A stretch of DNA of 64,000 bases from Sphingopyxis sp. GTDB taxonomy: Bacteria > Pseudomonadota > Alphaproteobacteria > Sphingomonadales > Sphingomonadaceae. A program made the translations under genes and the position numbers. The notes under the pieces are model-generated. The model had not been told where the DNA came from, ran no database searches, and saw only the letters and a program-made list of their open reading frames with translations. The stretch covers positions 69,469 through 133,468 of the forward strand of contig JBEBHS010000001.1 in NCBI GenBank assembly GCA_040080745.1, read 5' to 3'. Below, one piece after another: positions 29,605-40,600 of this stretch (positions are counted from its first letter, which is position 1; each line of letters begins with the position of its first letter).

Positions 29605-32600
29605 ATGGTGGAGGAGAGCGGGCTAATCAGCCCGATTAGCAACAAGCACGGGCGTGCCCGCCTGTTCGGTGCGGCGAGCCTGGTTGCGGCGTTGGCGATG
29701 GCACCGAACTGTGCGCAGGCACAAACGGCGACGCGCGACCCGACACTGCGCGACAGTTTCCCGATCGGCAGCAGCGACGGCGCATTGTGCCGGGTGCAAT
29801 CCGAAATATCTGACCCCGCATTTTCAGGAATGTTCGACCGCGCGTGGACCATCATCTGCCGCGATGCCGCGCAGCCTGTGGGCCGGATATTTGGCTTGCG
29901 CGGTGATGATGCGCTCACCCGGGTCAACGCGCGGCCATCCGCCCCCACCTGCCCCGCTGGCACGGCACAAGGCTTTGCCGATTGCAGCAATTATTTTGGC
30001 GGCCTGCCCGGTGTGCGCACCGTGGTGCGGCGCGGCGAGACGACATATATAGGCGAAGGGCTGGCGGTATACCGCGATGCGGTGCGCCTCGCGCTGGAAA
30101 GCGTAACCGAAGGGCGGATTGTCGCGGGCAAGATTGACGTGGCGACCACCAGCGTCGGCGACAGCGAGGCGATGGCGCGGGTGCAGGTCGCCAACCTGCC
30201 CGCCGACCAGGCACTGGCCGAGGGGTATCGGCGCAACAATAGCGGCGATTTTGCCGAAGCCTCCGTCTATTTCGAGGCGCTGGAGCGGCGCCCCACAGAG
30301 GCCGCAAGCGGGCTTGACCCCAGCGAGTTCAGCCTCAATCGCGCGCTGCAAATGTCGAACCTTGGCGATTTCGGCGAGGCGGAACGGCTGCTCGATGCGG
30401 TATCTGCGCAGCCGACCACCGATGGTGTGCAATTGCGGTTGCGGCGTAATTTCCGCGCGATGCACATGCTCAATCGCCGCGATTATGATGGCGCTTTGGC
30501 CGCGCTTGATGTGCCCGTCGCAGCCATTTTTGACGCAGGCGGAGCAGCGGGCAGCACGCTGAGCATCACGCCGGCCATCGCATCGGGGCTGAATAGCGAC
30601 GCCAGCGCACGCGTATTGACCCAGCTTTATGGCGAGGAGCGGCTGTCCCCGCAAGAACGCAGCATCGCCATCGACGCACAGGCCGGCCAGTTGCGCGCCA
30701 CGGTGCAACGCCTGTCGGGCGATATGACGGGGGCCAGACGCTCGCTCACCGTCGCATTGGCACAGACCATCACCGTCCGCGATGGCCGCGTGACCTCGAT
30801 CCTCCGCTTGCAGGCGCAGATGCTCGGCGAAATGGCGCTGGTCGATGAGGGTGAGAACAACCTCTCCGCCGCCGAGGCGCGTTTTGGCGACGCGATTGCG
30901 CTGCTGGAGCGCGAATATCCCGAAACCATGGCGCTCGCCGCTTCGCGCGCACGACTGGCGGCATTTTTGTCGCGCCACAACCGCACCGACGATGCGCTGA
31001 CACATTATCGCCAGGTCATTACCGCGCTCACGCAGGCGCGGCGGCAATTGACCGGCATTTATAACCAGATGGGGCCATATTATCAGATATTGGCCGACCG
31101 TCAGGCGCGCGACCCATCAGCCGCCGCCGAGTTTTTTGCTGCAGCACAGCTGTTGGTGCGCCCTGGGGTCGCCAGCACACAGGCGCAGCTGGCGCGCGAG
31201 CTATCGGGTGGCAGCGACGAAGCGGCCACCTTGTTTCGTCAGGCGAATAATCTGGCGCGTGATCTGGAACGGACCAGGATCGAGTTGGGGCGGCTCAGCG
31301 CTATCGCCGGCGCGGAGGCTGTGCAGTTGCAGACCGAAGCACAGGTCCGGGTCGACAATCTGGCTGCAGAGCAAACCGTTACCCTCGCGCGTTTGGCCGA
31401 GTTTCCGCAATATCGCGCGGTGTCGCAGGAAGCCTTGCCGCTCGCCGAGTTGCAGGCAGCGCTGGGCGCAGATGAGGCCTATGCCAAGCTCGCGATTGTT
31501 GGCGAGGATGTCTATGTCATGCTGGTCACGCGGACCAGCGCGCGTGCGTGGAAAGCGGCGGTGGGGCGCGGTGCGCTCGATGCTGCGGTCGACCAGATCC
31601 GCAACAGCATTTCGGTGCAGGAGGGCGGGCAATACACCACTTACCCGTTCGATGCCGAGGCCGCGCACAGGCTGTTTGTCGATCTGTTTACCCCGGCAGC
31701 GGCAGAATTGACCGCGACGCGCCACGTGATTTTCGAACCCGACGGCGCGATGTTGCGCCTGCCGCTCGGGCTGCTGATTACCGATGCGACGAGCGTTGCC
31801 GCTTACGCTGCGCGGAGCAATGCGCCGGGCGGCGACCCGTTCGACATGCGCGGAATGGCGTGGCTAGGCCGCACCAGCCGCGTCAGCACCGCCGTTTCCC
31901 CGCTGGCATTTCGCAATACGCGCCAGGCTCCATCATCGCGCGCGCACCGCAGCTATCTGGGGTTCGGCAATAATTTACCGGTCGGCGCGACCGTGGGCGC
32001 GGCAGGTGTGCGCGGCGGCGGCGGCGGATGTGATTGGGGGGCAAGCGCCTGGAACCGCCCGATTGCGCCAACCGAACTGTATAGCGCGCGCGACCTGATC
32101 GGCGCGGCAGGCAGCGAAGTCGTGACCGGCGCGGATTTTACTGATCGCCAATTGCGCAACCGCAGCGACCTGTCCGATTATCGCATTCTCCATTTTGCTA
32201 CCCACGGGCTGGTGACGCCGCCGCGCGCGGGATGCCAGGTGAAACCGGCATTGCTGACATCGTTTGACAGTCAAGATTCGGACGGGCTGCTCAGCTTTGA
32301 CGAGATTTTCGCACTGCGACTCGATGCCGACCTCGTCATCCTGTCGGCGTGCGACACCGCTGGCGAGGCGAGCGTCGCAGCAACGCGCGCGGCTGGGGTC
32401 AGCACCGGCGGCGGCAGCGCGCTCGACGGGCTGGTGCGCGCTTTCATCGGCGCGGGCGGCCGATCGATCATCGCCAGCCATTGGCCAGCGCCCGACGATT
32501 TTGACGCAACCCAGCGCCTGATTGGCGGCATATTCCGCGCGGGTGCGGGTGTCAGCATGGCCGAAGCATTGGGACAGGCGCAAGACGCGCTGATGGCCGA

Positions 32601-32730
32601 CGCGGCGACATCGCACCCATATTATTGGGCGGGCTTCGCAATCATCGGTGACGGCGCGCACAGCATGTTTCGCGCCACCACGGCAGAACGCGATGAACAG
32701 AGCGGCACTGGCCAGCGCACGGGACGATGA
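29605..32730 (+). CDS. secreted TPR-like / CHAT-domain protease
   Basis: Start at the ATG at 29605, preceded by aggaggtaaaa. Leader LVAALAMAPNCAQA. CHAT hallmarks: RHVIFEPDGAMLRLPLGLL, ILHFATHG (His), LVILSACDTAGE (Cys), HPYYWAGFAIIGDG. Confidence 0.85.
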   Translation: MVEESGLISPISNKHGRARLFGAASLVAALAMAPNCAQAQTATRDPTLRDSFPIGSSDGALCRVQSEISDPAFSGMFDRAWTIICRDAAQPVGRIFGLRGDDALTRVNARPSAPTCPAGTAQGFADCSNYFGGLPGVRTVVRRGETTYIGEGLAVYRDAVRLALESVTEGRIVAGKIDVATTSVGDSEAMARVQVANLPADQALAEGYRRNNSGDFAEASVYFEALERRPTEAASGLDPSEFSLNRALQMSNLGDFGEAERLLDAVSAQPTTDGVQLRLRRNFRAMHMLNRRDYDGALAALDVPVAAIFDAGGAAGSTLSITPAIASGLNSDASARVLTQLYGEERLSPQERSIAIDAQAGQLRATVQRLSGDMTGARRSLTVALAQTITVRDGRVTSILRLQAQMLGEMALVDEGENNLSAAEARFGDAIALLEREYPETMALAASRARLAAFLSRHNRTDDALTHYRQVITALTQARRQLTGIYNQMGPYYQILADRQARDPSAAAEFFAAAQLLVRPGVASTQAQLARELSGGSDEAATLFRQANNLARDLERTRIELGRLSAIAGAEAVQLQTEAQVRVDNLAAEQTVTLARLAEFPQYRAVSQEALPLAELQAALGADEAYAKLAIVGEDVYVMLVTRTSARAWKAAVGRGALDAAVDQIRNSISVQEGGQYTTYPFDAEAAHRLFVDLFTPAAAELTATRHVIFEPDGAMLRLPLGLLITDATSVAAYAARSNAPGGDPFDMRGMAWLGRTSRVSTAVSPLAFRNTRQAPSSRAHRSYLGFGNNLPVGATVGAAGVRGGGGGCDWGASAWNRPIAPTELYSARDLIGAAGSEVVTGADFTDRQLRNRSDLSDYRILHFATHGLVTPPRAGCQVKPALLTSFDSQDSDGLLSFDEIFALRLDADLVILSACDTAGEASVAATRAAGVSTGGGSALDGLVRAFIGAGGRSIIASHWPAPDDFDATQRLIGGIFRAGAGVSMAEALGQAQDALMADAATSHPYYWAGFAIIGDGAHSMFRATTAERDEQSGTGQRTGR

Positions 32731-34547
32731 GGATGAGCGACGGGGGAGACATGGCATTGGCGAGGCAAACTGAACAGCATTGGCACCGCTCTGCGATGAT
32801 CGGGGTTATCGCCCTGTCCGCATTGGCGCTGGGCCTTGCCGCACCTGCCACTGCGCAAAATGCCCCGACCCGCGAAGAGATTTTGCGCACCCCGCTGGGT
32901 GATACCGCTGCGGCCGCGAACCTTGAGATTGACGCCGAGGATGGCATCGAACGCGCGCCCTGCCCGCTCGCCAATCCTGAGTTTGCGAACACGCGCTTCG
33001 TGCTGCGCGACGTGCAATTCAGCGGCGCGGAACCGATCGAGCGCGCTACGCTTGATGCGTCGTGGCGCGCATTGGCTGGCACCGAGGTGCCGGTGGCGGC
33101 GATATGCGAGATCCGCGACCGCGCCGCGACCCAGCTTCGCCGCGACGGCTATCTGGCGGCGGTGCGGGTGCCGGTCCAGACAATAGCCGATGGCGTGGTG
33201 CGGCTCGATATATTGGCGGCGCACCTGTCCGCCATTCGGGTGCGCGGCAATGCCGGTGCGTCCGAACGGCAATTGGCGCGCTACCTCGCCAAAATCGAGG
33301 GGCAGCCGCTGTTCAATATCCATGAGGCCGAACGCTATCTGCTGCTCGCCAACAGCCTGCCCGGCACCTCGGCGCGCCTCACATTGCGCCCCGGCAGCAC
33401 TCCCGGCGATGTCATCGGCGAAGTCACCGTCGAGCGCACGCCGATCATGCTCGACGCCAATATCCAAAACTTTGGCGGCCGCGCCGTCGGCAGAGAAGGT
33501 GGCATAGTGCGCGCGCGGTTGGGCGGCATCACCGGGCTTGGCGATGAAACGACGCTGGCGATATACAGCACCGCCAATGTCGATGAACAGCAAGTCGTGC
33601 AGGGCGGCCATGAGTTTCGGCTTGGCAGCGAAGGGGTGACCGTCGGCACCAGCCTGACCTATGCCTGGACCCGCCCGACGATTACCGCCGGACTGAACAT
33701 CGACACACGGACATTGGTGTGGACGTCCCAGGTGCGCACGCCAACGCTGCTCAGGCAATCGCGCAGCATCTGGCTCGGAGCGGGGTTTGACTGGATCGAC
33801 CAGGATGTGTTCGCGCTTGGCACATTGTTGAGCCGCGATCATTTGCGCGTCGCCTGGCTCAATATGGATGGCGCATGGACCGACCCCGATGCCTTTAGCG
33901 CTCGCGGCGGCTACAGCCCCGCCGAACCGCGCTGGTCGATCGCGCTCAATGTGCAGCTTCGACAAGGGTTGGGGCTATTGGACGCGAGCAACCCATGCGG
34001 CGCGGGTGGCGCGGGCTGTTTCGGCGCGGGCGGCACACCGATCAGCCGCATCGAGGCGGATACGACGGCAACCGTGCTGCGCGCCGAGGGCGAAATGGTG
34101 TGGCGGCCCACCCCGACCATCGCTTTCGCGCTGTCGCCGCGCGGCCAATATGCCCATCGGCCGCTATTGTCTTACGAAGAGTTTTCGGCGGGCAATTATA
34201 CCGCCGGGCGCGGCTATGACCCCGGCATATTGACCGGCGACAGCGGCGTTGGCTTTGGCGTAGAGGCGCGCATCGGCTCGCTCGTCCCGCAAACGCGCCG
34301 CGCTTTGGCGTTACAGCCGTTCGTCTTTTTCGATGCCGCATGGGTGTGGAACAAGGACACCGCCTTTGCCGGCATCAGCCCGCAGCACATCACCTCGGCG
34401 GGCGGCGGCGTGCGCCTGGCGTGGGGCGATCGGGCGCGGATTGACGTGACGGTGGCGGAGCCGCTCCGCCGCGTCGGCATACCGCCCGCGCGCGCGGCGA
34501 CGCGGGTGCTGATTTCTTTCACAACGCAATTGGGTATTGGCCACTGA
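32727..34547 (+). CDS. ShlB/FhaC/HecB-family two-partner secretion transporter (TpsB)
   Basis: 606-aa ORF with signal peptide (ALSALALGLAAPATAQ), a POTRA-like N-terminal region and a long beta-barrel-like remainder. Its start overlaps the CHAT stop (ATGA). Confidence 0.85.
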   Translation: MRMSDGGDMALARQTEQHWHRSAMIGVIALSALALGLAAPATAQNAPTREEILRTPLGDTAAAANLEIDAEDGIERAPCPLANPEFANTRFVLRDVQFSGAEPIERATLDASWRALAGTEVPVAAICEIRDRAATQLRRDGYLAAVRVPVQTIADGVVRLDILAAHLSAIRVRGNAGASERQLARYLAKIEGQPLFNIHEAERYLLLANSLPGTSARLTLRPGSTPGDVIGEVTVERTPIMLDANIQNFGGRAVGREGGIVRARLGGITGLGDETTLAIYSTANVDEQQVVQGGHEFRLGSEGVTVGTSLTYAWTRPTITAGLNIDTRTLVWTSQVRTPTLLRQSRSIWLGAGFDWIDQDVFALGTLLSRDHLRVAWLNMDGAWTDPDAFSARGGYSPAEPRWSIALNVQLRQGLGLLDASNPCGAGGAGCFGAGGTPISRIEADTTATVLRAEGEMVWRPTPTIAFALSPRGQYAHRPLLSYEEFSAGNYTAGRGYDPGILTGDSGVGFGVEARIGSLVPQTRRALALQPFVFFDAAWVWNKDTAFAGISPQHITSAGGGVRLAWGDRARIDVTVAEPLRRVGIPPARAATRVLISFTTQLGIGH

Positions 34548-34600
34548 TCGGGGGCCACAGACAAGGTCCCATTGATCGGGGGCCACTGATCGAGGCCCAC
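34544..34600. repeat. three copies of the 14-mer TGATCG(G/A)GG(G/C)CCAC between tpsB and tpsA
   Basis: tgatcgggggccac at 34544 and 34573, and tgatcgaggcccac at 34587, read directly. Confidence 0.8.
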
Positions 34601-34604
34601 CGAT

Positions 34605-37600
34605 ATGGTGGGCAACAGCAGGACGACGATGATGATTGATGACCAGAAAAACACCGCGACCACCATGCGGCGCAGCATTATGAGGCGATTGCTCAGCGGC
34701 GGGGCGATGGCGCTGTGCCTCGGCGCGCTGGTCGCGCATGCCCCCGCCATGGCGCAGGCCTCTACTGCTGGGCAGGCGTTTCAAGGCACGCCAACGGTCG
34801 CGGCGGGCAGCGCGACGATCATCCAGACCGCGCCGCTCGACACCATTACCGTCGATACACCGCAAGCGGTCATCAACTGGAAGCCCAACGACACTAGCGG
34901 CACCGGAACGATCGATTTCCTCCCGGTCGGGCGCGCCGCGCGCTTTACCGGATTTGGCGATTTCACCGTGCTCAACCGCATCATTCCGGTTGACGGCAAC
35001 GATATTCCGATCGCGCGGATGATCGCGCTCAACGGCACGATAACATCGGACCTGTTCGGCCAGCAACCCGGCGGCAATGTGTGGTTTTACAGCCCGGGCG
35101 GCATATTCGTTGGCGCAAGCGGCGTCATCAATGTCGGGTCGCTGGTGCTGACCTCGCGCGACATCAACACAACCGGCGGATTGTTCGGCCCCAGCGGTCA
35201 GATCCGCTTCCGCGACCCGGCGCTTGCGGGAACGGGCGCATCGCGCGTTGAGATCGCGAACGGCGCCAGCATTACCGCGTTTAATGGCGTGGCGGGGAGC
35301 AGCTATATCGCGCTGGTCGCGCCGCGCATCGCCCAGGCGGGCACGGTCCGCGTCGATGGGTCGGTGGCGCTGGTCGCGGCGGAGCAAGCGGACATCCGCA
35401 TCAATAACGGCCTGTTCGACATCAACATTCTGGCGGGAAGCAGCGACGCCAACGGCATCGTCCACAGCGGGCGCACCGGTGGGCCATCGGGTGCTGCAAA
35501 CCGCGCCTATCTGGTCGCGGTGCCCAAGAATCAGGCGATGACGATGCTATTGTCGGGCACCATCGGTTTTGAAACCGTGAGCACGGTGACGGTGACCGAA
35601 GGCGGGATTGTCTTGTCGGCGGGGCATAATATCGTCGGCGGCGTGCTCAGCGATAGTGTCAACGGCAACACCAGCGCCAACATCCGGATTGGCGATACGA
35701 CCTTCCTCAACACGCTCGATGCCGCGGCGACCGACAGCATCACCGCTCGCCCGACCACGAGCTGCGCCCCGGTGTGCAGCGCGGCCTCGACCATGGGCCA
35801 GATACAATTCCGCAAGGACGCGACGCTCAGCGCCCGCCGCCTCGTCGATCTCAGCATAGGCCAGGCACAGCAGATCATCGCCGGCGGCAATTTAACGATG
35901 CGCGCGGGGGCAAACGGCACCGGCGGCTCGGTGCATCTGAGCATAGATAGCAACCCACCGCCAAGCGCGGGGACATCGGGCGGCGGGCTGATCAGCGTTG
36001 CCGGACAGTTGATCCTCGATGCCAGCGGGCACGGTTTTTCGCCCAATGGCGGCGTCGCCTTGGGCGGCAGTGCTGCAATCGACATTGGACCGGGTCAATT
36101 GACTTCCGCGTCAATCCTCGTGCGCGCCAATGGCAATGGCGATCAGGACGACGGCGGCACCGGTGCCAATGGCACGGGCGGGACCGCTTTTGTCTCGGCG
36201 GGTGTTGGCGGCACTATCACCACTGGCGATATGGCCGTCGAGGCCAATGGCACCAGCACGGCGCTTGTCGATACGGCGGGCAGCGGATTTGGCGGCACGG
36301 TCACTGTCGAAGCAGCAGGGGGCAGTATCAATGTCACCAACGCTTTGCGCATCCAGGCGCTCGGCGTTGGGCAGATCGGCACCACCACATCGGGCAACGG
36401 CACCGGCGGGCAGGCTAGCCTCGAAAACTTTAGTGGCACGCTCACCGCCGGATCGACCACCATCGACGCCAGCGGGACGGGCGGCGGCATTCTCGATCAA
36501 CTCACCAATCCGCTCACGCCTAACACGCTGGTCGGCGGCCATGGCACGGGCGGCACCGCGACGCTTTCTAATAACGGCACCTCCAATCTGGGCGCGCTGG
36601 CCATGCACGCCGACGGCATTGGCGGCGAATCGCAACCAACCAACAACCGCGACACCGCGCGCGGCGGCAATGGCGTGGGCGGGACGGTCTCGTTGAGGCC
36701 GCAAAGCGGCACGCTCACCGTGCCACTGGCGAACTTGAGCGCCAACGGCCATGGCGGATCGTCGGGCGGGACGCTTGGGTTGACCGGGTCGGCGCGCGGC
36801 GGCAGCGTCAACCTGACCAGCTTTGGCGGCGTGATGCAGGTCGGCGTCATCCCGCTGGTCGATGGCAACCTCACAGCCACCGCCAATGCAGATATTGATA
36901 TATCGGACGGTGGGACCGTAGCCACAGCGGACGGCGGCACGGCTGCCATCAGCTCCCCTTTTGGCGGGCAGATCATTGTCAACAACCAGATCGACATCCA
37001 AGCAACTGCCCATGCGGCAGGCAACATCTTCTCGCCGCTGGTCACCGCATCGGGCAATGCCACGGGCGGGGCGGTCAGTTTGAACGCTCAAGCCTTTGGC
37101 GTGATCCGCGCAGATACTGTTCGCGTCGACACCAGCGCCAGCAGCGCCAACGCCACCGGCACGGCGGGCGATGCGACGGGCGGGTACATCGAGCTGGTAT
37201 CGTTCGGCACAGGCTTGCTCAGCTTTACCGGCACCGCGACCAACAGGCTCGACGCCAACGGCGTTGCTGGCAGCGGCGCTATCGGCGGCGCGGGCCACGG
37301 CGGCACCGTCAACATCCGCGCGGCATCGGGCGCGATCATGCTTGGTGCGGAAACGCTGATCAACATCAACGGCTTATCGGGTGCATCGGCGCTCAGCAAT
37401 CCGCCGAAAACCGCGACCGGCGGCGACCTTGTCATCGAAGTGACCGACGAATCCGGCTCGCTGCTGACATTCGACCAGATTTACGCCGCGATGAACGGCG
37501 GCAGATTCGACCAGTCCGGCCCCTACCAAGGTGCCATCGGCCAAATCCACGGGGTCGGCGGCACCGCGACCATCAGCTTTGGCGGCACGACGCGCGGCAA

Positions 37601-40600
37601 TCTGTTGTCGGTTATCGCCAACGGCATCGGCGTCAATGGCGGCGACGGCACAGGCGGCACGATATTGTTCGACCAATTTGCCGGCCAGACCAACCTCACG
37701 TCACTCACCTTCGACGCCGATGGGTTTGGCGGCGATGGCACGCCAGGTGTCAATGCGGGCAGAGGCGGCAATGGGCTTGGCGGCACCGTCACCAGCAATT
37801 TCAGCGGCGGGCGCTATTCCGGCGATGAGATATTCCTCTCGGCGCGCGGCACCGGCGGGGTCGGCACGATGGGCGGCACGGCGTTCCAAGGCCCCGGGCC
37901 GGGGCCAATAATCGCGGGCAATGGCGGCCAAGGCGCGGGCGGCCTCATCACCATCCTGATCGGCGGACCGACAGACGGCAACGCACAGGTCAGCATCGCG
38001 GTGGGCCTAGCCGCCGATGCCAGCGCGGAAGGCGGCGCGGGCGGCGATGTATTGATGCTGGCGGCCACCGATTATACGACCCCTGGCCATGGCGGCGCAG
38101 CGCAGGGGGGCGTTGTGCGGCTCACCCATAGCGGCAATCAGCTCAGCGATGGCGGCGACGCGGCAGCCAATATCGCCCTCTTCGCACGCGCCGTTGGCGG
38201 ACGCGGCGGCGCGTTCGGCTATGACTTGAGTAGCAACGTCCTGCCCACCGACGCGAGCCATCCCGATGGCGGCGATGCTCATGGCGGCACGGTTGATGTG
38301 ACCCTGTTGACCCGCGCAGCCCCCGATTTTGGTGGGGCCTATACGCTCGACACCGGCGGACACGGCGGCGATGGCGGAACCTCGCTGACCGGCGGCAATG
38401 GCGGCAATGGTATAGGCGGCACGTCGCGCCTGACCGTCGATAATGTCGATGCCGGATTGGTTGCAGCCAATTTCCTCAGCGAGGGGACGGGTGGCAATGG
38501 CGCGGACGGCATCAACGGCGCGGGCGGCAATGGCGGCCGTGGCAGCGGCGGCCTCGCGACCGCGCGGGTCGATGGCATCGACGGCGCGCTATCCTTGTTG
38601 GGCAGCGGATTCCAGACCAGTGGCTATGGCGGGCGCGGGGGCCATGGCTTTGTCAGCCTGATTAGCGCAACTATCCCGACCAATGGCGGCGATGGCGGCC
38701 AGGGCGGCGATGGTACTGGCGGCACGATTGCGCTCGAGGCCAATGACGGCACGCTGGCGCTCGCCGACCCGAACGGCAACGGCGTGCTGCTCGCCAGCCG
38801 CGGATTTGGCGGCAATGCCGGTAACGGCGCGGACAATAGCGCCGGACCAGCGGGCACCGCGCGCACGGGCGGCAATGCCGGGTTCGGCGGGGTCGGCAAT
38901 GGCGGCACGGTCACCATGCTCGCCAATGGCGGGACGATAACGAGCGATGCCAATGCGCTGTCGATCGACGTCGAGGTGAGCGGATTTGGCGGTGCGGGGG
39001 CGAACGGCGGTGCGGGCAATGCGGTGACCACCACCGATCCGGTCACCGGACTGCCCGTGACCACTGGCGGCGCGGGTTACAACACTGGGCAAAGCTATTC
39101 GCAAGCTGGCCTCATCCGGCTCGAGGCGAATGACAGCGCGGACGGACAAGGGTTGATCGACCTCAGCGAAACCCGCCTGCTCGCCAATGGCAGCGTTGCC
39201 GGGCGGGTTGAACTGATCGACAATTCCCTGGGCGCTGGCCTCAGCTTTGCGGATCTTAACCCACAAGCCTATGGCGGCACATCGAGCTGCGGCGACTTCA
39301 CCCAGTGCGGCAGCGGCATCTATGTCCGCTCGGTTACGGGCGCGATCCGCGTCGATGGCCTCGCCGAACTGGGGACCGATGGCACCATCCAGATCGATGC
39401 GGCCGGCAGTGGCGGCCTCGATGTCGGCGGCGCGTTTAACACCAGTTCCGCGCTGCTGATCGCGCGCCACACCAATCGCGGGGCCATGGATCGCACCGTC
39501 AATGCGCTCAGCATCCAGTCGGTAGCGAGTGGGGTGATCGATCTTCAATCCGGGACATTGTTCAACACCGATGGCGAATTGTTGCTGTCATCGGGCGCCA
39601 CCGTCGCTTTCGATCAGCTAAACTCGGACAACGGCACCATCCGCGTGTCGGCGCTCTCGAACATCGTTGGCAATTCGGCGCGCGCACTGGGTTCGGCCTT
39701 TTTCAACGCCTTTGGCAACGGCGCCAATGTCACGCTTGGCACTGTGCGGGCCAGCGAAGGAGACATATTCATCAATGCGGGCGGTGCCGTCGTGGGCGGA
39801 AACATTGCCTTGGGCAAACTCAATGCGGCTGGCGTAATCGATATCCGCGCCGCCACGCTGAGCGGTGCAACGAGCACGTTGAGCGCGGGCGAGACCATCG
39901 GGATATTCACATCAAGCGACGCGCAATTCGGCACGCTTGATGCCGATGAAAGTATCACTGTCACCGCTGGCGGGGCGATAACGGGCACGCGCGCGACCAC
40001 GCTGGCCGGCAGCGCTGGCATCGCGCTTTCCGGTGTGACCGGCGTCAATGTCGGCTCGGTCATGTCTGGCGGTGAAACCGAATTGATCGCCGATGATGGC
40101 GCGATCGTGGTCGGTAATCTTCGCTCGAGCGGATTGATCCGCGCTGATGGCCGATCGGTCACGATCGCAGGATCGGGCGGGCTCAAATTTTCTGCGCTGA
40201 ATGCTACGGCAGGCGATGCTCGTGTCACCGCGACCAGCGGCGATTTGACCGTACAAAGCGGCACAGTGTCGGGCACAGCCACATTGATAACACAGGGCGG
40301 GGACCTCACCGCGCAAAACTTCACCGGAAATCGCGTCGTGCTCAACAGCAACGCCACCGCGCGGATTGCGGGCACCGTCACCGCCGCAACCGAATTGCTG
40401 CTCACCGCGACTGGCGCGGCGATTATCGACGGTATCGCGACCGGCGGCACGGTGCGGATGACATCGGGCGACATCGTAATCGGCAGCGGCGGGCGGATCG
40501 GCACGGCGGGCACCACCAGCCTGGTCGATCTGACCAACGGCGACAGCAGCGTGCGCACATACATCGGCGGGGCCGATCAAGCCAACGCCTACAGCCTCTC

